This document shows, piece by piece, positions 43,040-53,291 of a stretch of DNA of 64,000 nucleotides; position 1 is the stretch's first letter; every line of letters begins with the position of its first letter. The DNA comes from Spirochaetaceae bacterium (GTDB taxonomy: Bacteria; Spirochaetota; Spirochaetia; DSM-2461): contig JAOPTT010000003.1 in assembly GCA_051531975.1 (NCBI GenBank), positions 224,001 to 288,000 of the forward strand. The letters are read 5' to 3'. The position numbers and the translations under genes are program-made. Below the pieces are notes generated by a model that was not told where the DNA came from, did not search any database, and saw only the letters and a list, made by a program, of their open reading frames with translations.

Positions 43040-44362
43040 ATGAAACCAAAATTTACAAAGCTAATCATGATGTTTTTAATGACAATGATTTGTAGTTCAC
43101 TTTTTGCAAGTGGTAACAACGAAAAACCTGCTGGAACAGAGAAAGTAGAAAAAAAACAAAAAAGAGAATTAACAGCAATGTTACTTCAGTCAAGAAACTT
43201 TGACGGTTTACAGGAAATGATTGCAAAACTTGAAGCTGAAGAAAACATTGTAATTGACTTACAAGTTATTCCTGACGATCAATACGACAACTTATTGAAA
43301 ATCAAAGTTAATTCAGGTGTTGCTCCAGATATTATGGATTACAATGTCCCACATATTTATGACATCCTAGACCCAGATAAGCACTTTGAAGATTTAAGTG
43401 ATCAACCATGGGTTTCAAAATTAGTTAACCCTTCTCTTTCAGAATATAATGGAAAAACTTATAGTTACACATTTATGTCTACTGCTGGTTACCAAGCAAT
43501 GATCTATAACAAAGATGTGTTTGATAAATTTGGTTTAGAAATACCAACAACAGTTGCAGAGTTTGAAAATGTTTGTAATACATTAAAAGCTGGTGGTGTT
43601 ACTCCAATGTTATTAGCATCAGATATATGGGTACCACAAATCTGGATGACTGCTGGATATAGTAGAGCCCTAGGTAGTACAGAAGCTGCACAGGATTTTG
43701 CAGATAAAATATTAACGAACCAAGCTAAGTTTACTGACTACCCACAAGTAGTTGCAGCTGTAGACGAGTACCTTTCAATGTTTGAAAAAGGTTGGATGAA
43801 CGATGACTTTATTACTTTAAATGTTGATGGTGTAGTTCAAAAATTAGGAACAGGAGCTGGAGCAATGTTCTTTGGTTCTTTGGGACTTGCGAACAATGTT
43901 GAGAAAGCTTTCCCAGAAGGTAACTTTGGAATGTTTAACATCCCAACATCTTATGATAAAAAAGATGTTATTTCAGGTACAGTATTTTCATACGGTTTTG
44001 TTGTAAATAAAGATTCTAAAAACAAAGATCTAGCAAAAGAAGTATTTAACCATTTTGCTTCACCTGAGTATGCAGATATATACTTTGCAGACAGACCTGG
44101 TTTCCCAGCGCTTACTGATACAAACGGTGGCGAACTAAAAGACTATGCTCAAAAAGTATATGACGACTATGTAGTAACAGGTAAAATGGTTCCAGAAATG
44201 AACCTTTTCTTAAATCCATTAGGTGCTCTTAATGGCTCTACTATTTGGGTTTATTACCAAGAAGCTCCTGTTAAAGGAAACATGGATGGTTACCAACTAC
44301 TTGATAGATACCAACAAGATGTTAATAAGTTTATGACAGAGCAAAAAGCTCCAGGTTGGTGA
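43040..44362 (+). CDS. Sugar ABC solute-binding protein
   Basis: AAGGAG SD; signal peptide ending LFASGNNE; IYNKDVFDKFGLEIPTT motif. Confidence 0.92.
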   Translation: MKPKFTKLIMMFLMTMICSSLFASGNNEKPAGTEKVEKKQKRELTAMLLQSRNFDGLQEMIAKLEAEENIVIDLQVIPDDQYDNLLKIKVNSGVAPDIMDYNVPHIYDILDPDKHFEDLSDQPWVSKLVNPSLSEYNGKTYSYTFMSTAGYQAMIYNKDVFDKFGLEIPTTVAEFENVCNTLKAGGVTPMLLASDIWVPQIWMTAGYSRALGSTEAAQDFADKILTNQAKFTDYPQVVAAVDEYLSMFEKGWMNDDFITLNVDGVVQKLGTGAGAMFFGSLGLANNVEKAFPEGNFGMFNIPTSYDKKDVISGTVFSYGFVVNKDSKNKDLAKEVFNHFASPEYADIYFADRPGFPALTDTNGGELKDYAQKVYDDYVVTGKMVPEMNLFLNPLGALNGSTIWVYYQEAPVKGNMDGYQLLDRYQQDVNKFMTEQKAPGW

Positions 44363-44406
44363 TAATAATAACAACAATATAAGATTATAATAATTTAAAT
44401 AATAAG

Positions 44407-44428
44407 ACGGCAATCGATGGATTGCCGT
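44407..44428 (+). other. Intergenic stem-loop after the SBP gene
   Basis: ACGGCAATC-gatg-GATTGCCGT perfect 9-bp stem. Confidence 0.6.
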
Positions 44429-44457
44429 TCTTATATATTAAACCAAGGAGTAATTAT

Positions 44458-45336
44458 ATGATACGAAGAGAAAAAATGTTTTATCCAGTTGGTTTAATAG
44501 TACCAGCAATAATCGTTTTTACACTTTTTACGATTATTCCAGTTTTAATGAGTTTAGTTTACTCCTTTACAGACTGGAATATTATGCGTTTAGATGAACC
44601 CGAATTTAGGGGATTATTAAACTACCAAAGACTATTTTCAGATCCAATCTTTCTTCGATCTTTAGGAAATACTCTGCTATTTGCTTTTTCAACAACATTC
44701 TTAAAAACAATATTTGGATTGTTATTAGCAATTATTTTAATTAAAAAAGTACCAGGGAATGGACTTTTTAGAACACTTTTTTATCTACCATGTGTATTAA
44801 GTGCCACTGTAGTTGGGATTTTATACAAAGCTATCTTAGCTTCTAATGGTCTATTAAATAATGGTTTAGCCGGTATAGGATTAGGATTTTTATCATTTGA
44901 TTGGTTATCTACTTACGCAACAGCTATGATATCAGCAATATTAATTGAGACATGGATGTGGTCTGGATTTAATATGATTATTTTTATTGCAGGTCTTCAA
45001 GCAATTCCAAGAGATTATTACGAAGCTGCAGAAATGGAAGGAGCAGGAAAACTTACTACATTTTTTAATATAACTATACCACTTTTAGTTCCAGCATTTA
45101 CTGTTGTTATTACACTTTGTATTACTGGTGGTCTAAGAGTTTTTGATATTATTTATGTATTAACAAATGGGGGTCCTGGGTTTGATACCCAAGTTATGAA
45201 TACTTTTGCATTTAGAGCATTTGGCCAAGGATTACTTGGAGAATCATCAGCCGCATCAATATTATTAGCTATTATTGTTGTTACAATATCCTTTATTTTG
45301 AACCATACACTTAAAAATAAGGAGGTAGAGGCATAA
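44458..45336 (+). CDS. Carbohydrate ABC permease
   Basis: YYEAAEMEGA..FFNITIPLL; AAGGAG SD before ATG 44458. Confidence 0.93.
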   Translation: MIRREKMFYPVGLIVPAIIVFTLFTIIPVLMSLVYSFTDWNIMRLDEPEFRGLLNYQRLFSDPIFLRSLGNTLLFAFSTTFLKTIFGLLLAIILIKKVPGNGLFRTLFYLPCVLSATVVGILYKAILASNGLLNNGLAGIGLGFLSFDWLSTYATAMISAILIETWMWSGFNMIIFIAGLQAIPRDYYEAAEMEGAGKLTTFFNITIPLLVPAFTVVITLCITGGLRVFDIIYVLTNGGPGFDTQVMNTFAFRAFGQGLLGESSAASILLAIIVVTISFILNHTLKNKEVEA

Positions 45337-46163
45337 TGAAGACGATAACTAAAAAATATAGCCCACTTATTTTATTATTAATTTTACTTGGTATATCAAT
45401 GTTCTACGTTGTACCAATTATAATGATGCTTCTTGGATCTTTAAAAGACCAGACTGAAGCAGTTCTTTTTAACTTAGATCTACCCTCAAAATTCCACTGG
45501 AAAAACTACATTGATGTTATTCAAAAGGGTAAAATATTAAACGGATATAAAAATAGTTTTATTATAACAAGTTTAACAACTCTGTTTACTTTAATAGTTG
45601 GTGGTTTTGCAGGAATAACCATTTCTAGAAGAAACGATAAAGTATCAAACGGTTTTTATTACTATTTTATTTTTGGTTTAACTATAACACTACAAATAGC
45701 ATCTACATTTTCTTTATTAAGAACATTTAATATCTATGGGTCATTTATTTCAGTCATTCTGATATTTATAGCACAAAGAATGCCCTTTACAATTATGACA
45801 TTTACTAGTTTTGTAAAAGGTGTACCAAGATCCCTAGACGAAGCTGCAATTGTTGATGGTTGCAATGTTTTTCAATTATATGCATTAATTTTAATGCCTA
45901 TTCTTAAACCAATAATTTTGACAAATACAATTGTAACAATTATTAGTGTCTGGAATAACTTTAACATATCCCTGTTCTTCCTTAACTCGGCTAAACAGTG
46001 GACTGTATCTCTAACTATATATAATTTTTACGGAATGTATGCTAGAGACTGGCATCTTGTTTTTACAGCATTGGTTCTTACAGTAATTCCTGTTATGTTA
46101 GTTTATTTATGGTTACAAAAATTTATTGTATCTGGTATGACTGCTGGATCAGTAAAAGGATAA
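45336..46163 (+). CDS. Carbohydrate ABC permease
   Basis: LDEAAIVDGC and C-terminal GMTAGSVKG; TAATG coupling to the upstream gene. Confidence 0.93.
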   Translation: MKTITKKYSPLILLLILLGISMFYVVPIIMMLLGSLKDQTEAVLFNLDLPSKFHWKNYIDVIQKGKILNGYKNSFIITSLTTLFTLIVGGFAGITISRRNDKVSNGFYYYFIFGLTITLQIASTFSLLRTFNIYGSFISVILIFIAQRMPFTIMTFTSFVKGVPRSLDEAAIVDGCNVFQLYALILMPILKPIILTNTIVTIISVWNNFNISLFFLNSAKQWTVSLTIYNFYGMYARDWHLVFTALVLTVIPVMLVYLWLQKFIVSGMTAGSVKG

Positions 46164-46238
46164 AAAAGAGTAACAACCATATTTTATTAATGATCGCTTA
46201 AAATAGTGTAGAATAATATTATTAAAGAGGAGAATAAA

Positions 46239-47984
46239 TTGAGACGTGGTCAGAGTCTTAGAGACAAAATTGTTAAAATCAATATGTTTTTTTTCTCCTC
46301 TGTACTTATCATATTATTCACACTATTTTTTTCATACTGGTACAAAATAGAGAACAATAATAACAAAAAAGATCTGGACACTATAGCAAACGTAAAAGCA
46401 AATCAACTTTATGACAAACTTCTGAGCATGGATAGAACAGCACTGCAACTAGTAAGTGATCCATATATAGCAAATGACCTCTTTAAAGGTTTTTTTCTCT
46501 CTCCAACAGAAGGAAATGTATTTGAAAACGATAGAATCTTAAATAATAAAATCATAACCCATATTATTCCCTATATACTCAACGACAGTATAACATCAAG
46601 GATTTGCCTATTTAATGATTCCAATGATTTTGTTTTTGTCGGAGAGATAGTGGATAACGTTAAAACACAAAATTATTTTAATAACATAGATATTATACCA
46701 GCAATAGAGAAATTGTCCGCTGGAGACTTTTTAGCCCTTATACCCCCGAGAAAAGATCCATTTTATTACAATAAATTTAATTCAAAAGAAAAAATAATAA
46801 TATCTATAGTTCGGGAGGTTATAGATTATTCAAATGCAGAATCAGATAAAGTTGGCTATGTAGAGGTCCAGCAGACTCTAGAAAAATTATCACAAATGTT
46901 CGAAGATTTAGATTCATCTATCTCATTTGAAATAAAAGATACAGATGATAATATAATTTTGAATAGTAGTACTCCCTATTCAAAGACCAATCTAGAGATA
47001 TCGGTACCGATAAAAGATTACGGTTATACCCTTATTATCAAAAAGGATAATAAGTATTTTGTTACCATGACATACTTGTTAGGTGCAGCACTTCTCATAA
47101 TGTTATCTTTATTAATTTTGGGAATTAGAACTACAGAAAATTTTGTAATAAAGACATTAACAAAGCCATTAGATGAACTTCAGTCCTTAGTAAATACCAT
47201 AGATATTGGTAATATGGATTTTTCATTTAAAATGGATGGAGAAATTGACCAAATTCAGCATTTGGAATCAGCATTTAGGGAGATGTTAATAAAACTAAAA
47301 GATTCTATCGATGATAAAGTCGAGGCTAGAACTGAGGAGTTAAGATCCCACTTATTTGCGTTACAAGCACAGATGAATCCACACTTTATTCATAATATGA
47401 TGGCAGTAATATCCTCTATAGCGGAGGAGTATGATGCAACAGAAATTGAAGATATCTGTGTTAAATTATCCAGTATTATACGTTATACCGTTCAATTCAA
47501 TCAGGCTGATATAGCTTTAGAAGATGAAGTAAAACATGCCCAAAACTATCTTGATCTTATGCACATTAGATATGAGGACCAAATTGTATACTCTATATCT
47601 GAAGGATTCCAAACAGGAATTAAGGTTCCAAAGTTTTTTCTACAACCACTTGTAGAAAACTGCTTTAAACACGGATTCTTAAATTCCCCTTCTCCATGGA
47701 ATATTCATATCGATATTATTATAGAAGAGACAATATGGAAAATAACAATAACAGATAACGGCTCAGGATTTTCTGATAAAATATTAAAAACAATTGAGAA
47801 CCTATTATTAGAAGTAAAAAACAGCAGAGCAGACGAGATATTAAAAAACCTGCAAATAGGTGGTATGGGATTACGTAATGTTTTTGCTCGTTTATACCTT
47901 AATTATAAAGAGAAGATGATTTTTAATATTAGTAATAGGAGTGATACTCCAGGTGCCATAGTTGAAATAGGAGGCCCTAAATGA
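46239..47984 (+). CDS. YesM/LytS-type sensor histidine kinase
   Basis: ALQAQMNPHFIHN, LQPLVENCFKHG and DNGSG motifs. Confidence 0.92.
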   Translation: MRRGQSLRDKIVKINMFFFSSVLIILFTLFFSYWYKIENNNNKKDLDTIANVKANQLYDKLLSMDRTALQLVSDPYIANDLFKGFFLSPTEGNVFENDRILNNKIITHIIPYILNDSITSRICLFNDSNDFVFVGEIVDNVKTQNYFNNIDIIPAIEKLSAGDFLALIPPRKDPFYYNKFNSKEKIIISIVREVIDYSNAESDKVGYVEVQQTLEKLSQMFEDLDSSISFEIKDTDDNIILNSSTPYSKTNLEISVPIKDYGYTLIIKKDNKYFVTMTYLLGAALLIMLSLLILGIRTTENFVIKTLTKPLDELQSLVNTIDIGNMDFSFKMDGEIDQIQHLESAFREMLIKLKDSIDDKVEARTEELRSHLFALQAQMNPHFIHNMMAVISSIAEEYDATEIEDICVKLSSIIRYTVQFNQADIALEDEVKHAQNYLDLMHIRYEDQIVYSISEGFQTGIKVPKFFLQPLVENCFKHGFLNSPSPWNIHIDIIIEETIWKITITDNGSGFSDKILKTIENLLLEVKNSRADEILKNLQIGGMGLRNVFARLYLNYKEKMIFNISNRSDTPGAIVEIGGPK

Positions 47985-49495
47985 TAAATGTTTTAGTTGT
48001 AGAAGATGAACCACCTATTTTAAAAAGTATATGTAGAAACATAGAGAAGGCAAATGAGAACTTTAAAATAGTTAATACAGCTTACGATGGGAAAGCGGCT
48101 CTAGAGATCCTCGAAAATCATCACAATATTATAGATCTAGTAATTACCGATATACATATACCACTCATGAATGGTATAGAATTATTAAAAATTATTAACA
48201 AGAAATATCCTGATATTATAACAATGGTATTAAGTGGATTCGAAAACTTTAACTATGCAAAAGACGCTTTTAAATGTGGGATATTTGATTATATGTTAAA
48301 GCCTGTAGATAAAATATTACTCAAAAAACAGTTGGATTCCATAGAAAAACTCATCAAAAAAAATAGGAAAACAGATATCAATAAAATGCTCTATGATGGG
48401 ATCAATTCTGGAAAGGTAGCGGGATTAGAAACTCTACTAGAAGGCCAACCACTTAAGATATTATTAATTTGTGCTGGCCCATTTCCAATTAGAGAATATG
48501 ACTATCTTCTACCTGGACGATCTTATTGGGAACGGGTGGATTTAAAAAGGGTATGTAAAAGATTTTTAAACAATATGAAGTACTGGATTATTCCTGGTAA
48601 AAATTCAGTAGAGAAGATAATAATTATAGCAGGTAACTCTCAATCTATTAAAAACTATGAACAAAATATCCATAGCTATTTAAACAGTATTGATCCTATG
48701 CCAATTACCACCTGCTCATCTCCTGTTATTGTTGACTACTCCAGTCTTTCTAAAGTTCATTACCAGCAGAGGATTGCACTGCACAACAACATAAAATTTT
48801 CAAAACCATCATTTATAGAGTATAATCCTTACCTTTCTGAGCGTATTACAAAAGTGGATATTAAGCAGTTAAATCAGCAGCTAAAACAAGAAATTATATC
48901 ACACCGAGGGAATAATATATCAGAGCTGATAATAAATAAAATTAATGAGGTAATCTCAGAAGACCTTTATCAGGTAGATCTTGAAGCCTTTTTACACTTT
49001 ATAGTCTATTTTCTGAATAATTATAAATCTAACAATAACTTATACACTAATCCTGAAAAGATGATCAAAAAATTAATAACCAACAGTTTCACTAAAAAGG
49101 ATATACTAGAGGGAGTAACAGATTTCTTAAATGAATTTCTTACTCATAAAAATTCTATTACACTCCAGAAAGAAGATATGGTAAAAGAAATTGCAGATTT
49201 TCTTATGTTAAATTATGACAAAACTATTTCAAATCAGACCCTATCGGATCAGTTTGGATTAGTACCATCATATATTAGTAATATTTTTAAAACATCAATG
49301 GGATTAAGTCCTCTTGATTTTATACTTAAGTATAGAATGGAAAAAGCTAAAAGTCTTCTAATCAATAGATCAGACCTTCTAACAAAGGATGTCGCAGAGT
49401 TAGTTGGCTATAGTGATCCGTTATACTTCTCAAGGGTTTTTAAAAAATACTTTGGAGAAAATCCAGCAAAAATAAAGAAAAGTAGACCCATCTAA
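47981..49495 (+). CDS. YesN-type response regulator (REC + AraC)
   Basis: VVEDE, TDIHIP and MLKP; C-terminal VGYSDPLYFSRVFKK. Confidence 0.92.
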   Translation: MINVLVVEDEPPILKSICRNIEKANENFKIVNTAYDGKAALEILENHHNIIDLVITDIHIPLMNGIELLKIINKKYPDIITMVLSGFENFNYAKDAFKCGIFDYMLKPVDKILLKKQLDSIEKLIKKNRKTDINKMLYDGINSGKVAGLETLLEGQPLKILLICAGPFPIREYDYLLPGRSYWERVDLKRVCKRFLNNMKYWIIPGKNSVEKIIIIAGNSQSIKNYEQNIHSYLNSIDPMPITTCSSPVIVDYSSLSKVHYQQRIALHNNIKFSKPSFIEYNPYLSERITKVDIKQLNQQLKQEIISHRGNNISELIINKINEVISEDLYQVDLEAFLHFIVYFLNNYKSNNNLYTNPEKMIKKLITNSFTKKDILEGVTDFLNEFLTHKNSITLQKEDMVKEIADFLMLNYDKTISNQTLSDQFGLVPSYISNIFKTSMGLSPLDFILKYRMEKAKSLLINRSDLLTKDVAELVGYSDPLYFSRVFKKYFGENPAKIKKSRPI

Positions 49496-49536
49496 ATGAA
49501 TAATGTGACCAGTAAAGGTGTCATTTATTAGTTATT

Positions 49537-50550
49537 TTATATTTCCCCTAGTAAAAACCATGTCTCGACCTGTTCAAGGTTTTTTATTTTAATTAAACCT
49601 CGAGGCTCTAGGTTGAAATCATCTTTTAGAAGGTTATAGGTTTCTTTTGAAACTTGAATTTTACCTGGTACACCATGGGATTCCATTCTAGAGGCGAGAT
49701 TTACAGTATCACCCCAGATATCGAACGTAAACTTTTTAGTACCTATAACACCACCAATTACAGGGCCACTATGTATTCCTATTCTAACTTGCAAAGGTAT
49801 AGACATCTTGTCATTAAACTTATGAACAGTGTCTAACATTGCTATAGCCATATCTGCTATAGCATGGGCATGATCCTCACGTTCATCAGGTAGCCCACTA
49901 ACAACTAAATATGCATCTCCAATTGTTTTGATTTTTTCTAAACCAAGAGAACTTGATAACATATCAAAAGCTGATATTAATTCATCTAAGATTGTAATCA
50001 TCTCTACTGGTGTGTGGTTCTTAAAATACTTCGTAAAACCAACTAGATCACAAAACAGGATTGTAGAGTCTATATACTTATCTGCTATTAGTGTTTCTCC
50101 ATTTTTAAGTCTCTTTGCTATAGATACTGGTAAAATATTAGCTAAAAGTAGTTCTGTTTTTTTGTTTTCTTCTTCAAGTAGTTTTTTAGTCTCTTTTAAA
50201 CTGAAATGCATATAACTTATATAAGCACTAATTATTGAGACAAGAATATAACTAGTTATACCCATAAAAACTACTGGATTAAATACATCATCTCCAGTAA
50301 TAAGAAAAAATGTAGAACTTGTTACCACAGAAGATAACAAAGTATAAATTAATCCGTACTTAATATTGGTATTCCAAGTATATATACCTACCAAAAAAGC
50401 TCCTATAATAGCAGCCTGAGTATGAATTATTGGATAAAAAATATTAATAAATATAAAATGAAAAAGTAGCAATATTGGGGCTAAAATAAGCATCTTTTTA
50501 CTTATTTTAAATTTGACATGCCCGTTATTAAAGTTGTTTATTGATATCAC
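49537..50550 (-). CDS. Membrane-bound class III adenylate cyclase
   Basis: TM helices then LLANILP, FCDLVGFT, EKIKTIGDAY, RIGIHSGP and FDIWGDTVNLASRMES; K/D pair indicates ATP specificity. Confidence 0.9.
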   Translation of the reverse strand: MISINNFNNGHVKFKISKKMLILAPILLLFHFIFINIFYPIIHTQAAIIGAFLVGIYTWNTNIKYGLIYTLLSSVVTSSTFFLITGDDVFNPVVFMGITSYILVSIISAYISYMHFSLKETKKLLEEENKKTELLLANILPVSIAKRLKNGETLIADKYIDSTILFCDLVGFTKYFKNHTPVEMITILDELISAFDMLSSSLGLEKIKTIGDAYLVVSGLPDEREDHAHAIADMAIAMLDTVHKFNDKMSIPLQVRIGIHSGPVIGGVIGTKKFTFDIWGDTVNLASRMESHGVPGKIQVSKETYNLLKDDFNLEPRGLIKIKNLEQVETWFLLGEI

Positions 50551-50616
50551 ACCTACTCCTTCTAAAGAAATTAAATGATATTACGTATTTCCTATACGCA
50601 CAAGTTAAAATATAAT

Positions 50617-50658
50617 TACATAAATGAAGACTATAGTACTCAAATATACATTATCGTA
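50617..50658 (+). promoter_or_regulatory. Upstream activator sites TAC-N6-GTA (perfect 50647-50658; 1 mismatch 50617-50628)
   Basis: TACATTATCGTA and TACATAAATGAA, 30 bp apart. Confidence 0.7.
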
Positions 50659-50698
50659 ATTATTACTTCTCTAAACCCATAAAACACTACTTAAAACA

Positions 50699-50714
50699 TG
50701 GCATAAATAATGCT
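50699..50714 (+). promoter_or_regulatory. sigma-54 -24/-12 promoter
   Basis: TGGCATAAATAATGCT (GG-N10-GC); predicted +1 near 50725, at the AAGGAG SD. Confidence 0.85.
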
Positions 50715-50737
50715 TCCTATTATTAAGGAGTTTTATT

Positions 50738-51655
50738 ATGTTCCAAGATATAAAACACATAAAATATAGCAACATCAATGGAGACTTAGAATCCATACAA
50801 CCATTTGAAGAGGTTAAAATTAAAACTAGTATAGGCACAATAATCCCTGTTTATAATGTAGAAGATATGGGTAGAAAAAAATTAACCCCAATTAAATTTG
50901 ATTTAGATGGGAATATAAAATCTTTACAGCTACAAGATGTTAAAAAAATAAAGACCTCTATTGGAATGTTTTTAACTGAGTTTATTACTTTTTATGCAAG
51001 TGGGGAAATGTGTAGACTTTTCCAACTAAATGGTAAACTTTCTGGGTTTTGGTCAGAGCAAAATGAATATGATTTAGCTAAAACAATAAAGATTTCTACT
51101 CCAATTGGAGATATAATTGGAAAACCTATATATATCCATTTTTATAAATCAGGTGAACTTAAAAGTATTACTTTCTGGCCCAAAGAGAGAGTTTCAGTTC
51201 AAGGAGAGTATGGGTTATTTGAGATTAAAACTGGTATATCTTTTCACCCTTGTGGTTCACTAAAATCATATGAACCAGTTGAACCAATAATTGTACACAC
51301 TGCATTAGGAAACATTGAAGCTTTTGATCCTGATCCTGTAGGAATAAATGGAGAGCGAAACTCATTAGAATTTAATACATCTGGAGATATTTTAAGACTC
51401 TCTACAATAAAGTCTCAAGTAATGGTTATAGATGATGATGGAAACAGTGAAATATTCGCACCTGTGGAAATTATAAGTAGATGTAATGATGAATTATTTG
51501 TAATTCAACCCTTAAACATTGAATTTAGCGATGATGAGGTAATTTTTAGATATGGATTTAAAATTGCAGGTAAAGCTTCGAGGAATTTAGTATTTGTATT
51601 GCAAGAATTTTCTCCACAAAATCAACTTGCAAGTGTAGGTTGTTGTTCTGAATAA
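50738..51655 (+). CDS. Uncharacterised beta-repeat (MORN-variant-like) protein, nif-associated
   Basis: 305 aa with about five repeats of TxxG...F[YH]xxGxLKS; C-terminal GCCSE; strong SD. Confidence 0.75.
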   Translation: MFQDIKHIKYSNINGDLESIQPFEEVKIKTSIGTIIPVYNVEDMGRKKLTPIKFDLDGNIKSLQLQDVKKIKTSIGMFLTEFITFYASGEMCRLFQLNGKLSGFWSEQNEYDLAKTIKISTPIGDIIGKPIYIHFYKSGELKSITFWPKERVSVQGEYGLFEIKTGISFHPCGSLKSYEPVEPIIVHTALGNIEAFDPDPVGINGERNSLEFNTSGDILRLSTIKSQVMVIDDDGNSEIFAPVEIISRCNDELFVIQPLNIEFSDDEVIFRYGFKIAGKASRNLVFVLQEFSPQNQLASVGCCSE

Positions 51656-51670
51656 AAAAATTAAAAAACA

Positions 51671-51710
51671 GAGTGGTTTATGCCAAAAGTTTATATTTGG
51701 TATAGACTCT
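51671..51710 (+). terminator. Hairpin between convergent genes
   Basis: TTTATGCCAAA-N8-TTTGGTATAGA stem with G-U pairs. Confidence 0.45.
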
Positions 51711-51737
51711 TCGAATCCTAAAGAATTATAAAGTATT

Positions 51738-53291
51738 TTATGTTTTAAATTTTTCTATATCGATTCCATATTTCTCCAACCTTAAACCTAACTGCCTATA
51801 AGATATACCAAGGTTATCACTTGCCTCTTTAAGTTTTCCCCTCGTTCGTTTTAACTCCTCAATTATTAACTCGTATTCTAATATTTCCATATGTTTTTGT
51901 AACTTTCCACTGTCTACTGTGGTAACTTTACTTATTGTTTGCAGAGAGGGAGGCAAATGATAACTGTGTATAACTTCATCATCTACTAAAATAACCGCTC
52001 TCTCTATACAGTTTTCAAGTTCCCTAACATTACCAGGCCAATGATATGTCATTAACATATCGATAGCCGGAGTTGATATTCTTAATACTTTATTATTACT
52101 TAAATTAGAATACTTGCTAATAAACATATTAACTAATTCTGGAATATCAGTTTTCCTCTCTCTTAATGCTGGAACAGTTATTGGAAAAACATCTAGACGA
52201 TAATATAGGTCCAATCTAAAAGAACCTTCTTCCACAAGTTTTAGTAGGTCCCTATTGGTTGCAGCAATTACTCTAACATCAACCTTGACCTGTTCGTTTG
52301 TTCCAACCTTTTCAAACTCCCTCTCCTGAATAACCCTTAAGAGCTTAGCTTGTGCATTTAATGTTAATTCTCCTATTTCATCTAAAAAGATAGATCCACC
52401 ATCTGCAATTTGAAACTTTCCATCTTTATCGACAATTGCTCCAGTAAAAGAACCTTTCCCATGTCCAAAAAGTTCACTTTCTATTAAATTTTCAGGTAGT
52501 GCTGCACAATTAAAAGTTACAAAAGGTTTTGTTGCTCGTTCACTAGAATAATGGATAGCCTGTGCTACGAGCTCTTTTCCTGCTCCACTCTCACCAAAGA
52601 CTAAAACAGTAGAACTTGTTTTTGCTACACGCTTAATCATAGAAAATAAGTTTTGCATAATGCTAGAATTACCAATTATATTTTCAGGTTTGTATTTATC
52701 AATTAAACTCTCTTGTAATCGACTATTCTCCGCAACCAAAGAGTGTTCTTCATGAATAGCCTGATGTAGGCTTACCGATCTAGAAATCATAGTTGTTATT
52801 ATAGTTAAAATTGTTAGATCATCTCTTATATACTTCGCTTCTTCATAAGATTTATGAATACTTAAAGCTCCAATAACTTCGTTAGTAGTTTTTACAGGGA
52901 CACAAATAAATGCTTTTTTTACACTACTTTTAGTATTTCCTGTTCTATTTAAAAATCTAGGGTCTTTTGATATATCTGGAATAATAATTGATTCTCCAGT
53001 GTTGACAACAGTTCCTGTAATTCCCTCTCCTAGATAATATATTCCTTTCGATTCCTCTTCCTCTGACATGCCAAAAGATGATGAAACTATTATCTGGGAG
53101 GTTTTACGGTTTAAAATAGTCGCCATACCACGTTCTATTTCTAAACTTTCACCCATGAAATTAAATAATCGAGGTAGAATCTCTTTTAAATTCTCCCCTG
53201 GGGTGATAATTGATGAAATTTTTAGTAACAATGTTAAATTTCGACTATGTCTTTCCTGACATTTATCTTGTAAACATTCTTTTATATCCAA
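51738..53291 (-). CDS. nifA: NifA/AnfA-family sigma-54 activator (GAF-AAA+-HTH)
   Basis: GAF (GEGITG, FICVP), GESGAGKE, ESELFGHGKGSFTGA, WPGNVREL and C-terminal HTH; TTG start after GAGGT, overlapping the nifV stop. Confidence 0.85.
   Translation of the reverse strand: MDIKECLQDKCQERHSRNLTLLLKISSIITPGENLKEILPRLFNFMGESLEIERGMATILNRKTSQIIVSSSFGMSEEEESKGIYYLGEGITGTVVNTGESIIIPDISKDPRFLNRTGNTKSSVKKAFICVPVKTTNEVIGALSIHKSYEEAKYIRDDLTILTIITTMISRSVSLHQAIHEEHSLVAENSRLQESLIDKYKPENIIGNSSIMQNLFSMIKRVAKTSSTVLVFGESGAGKELVAQAIHYSSERATKPFVTFNCAALPENLIESELFGHGKGSFTGAIVDKDGKFQIADGGSIFLDEIGELTLNAQAKLLRVIQEREFEKVGTNEQVKVDVRVIAATNRDLLKLVEEGSFRLDLYYRLDVFPITVPALRERKTDIPELVNMFISKYSNLSNNKVLRISTPAIDMLMTYHWPGNVRELENCIERAVILVDDEVIHSYHLPPSLQTISKVTTVDSGKLQKHMEILEYELIIEELKRTRGKLKEASDNLGISYRQLGLRLEKYGIDIEKFKT

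Noticed and set aside
42871..43119. 82-aa minus-strand ORF
   Set aside because: It overlaps the SBP start antisense and has no SD; only its short 3' part is kept as a speculative leader peptide.
51675..51685. GGTTTATGCCA, identical to 61118-61128 and resembling a -24 element
   Set aside because: There is no -12 GC, it is explained as a hairpin arm, and an 11-mer match is weak evidence.
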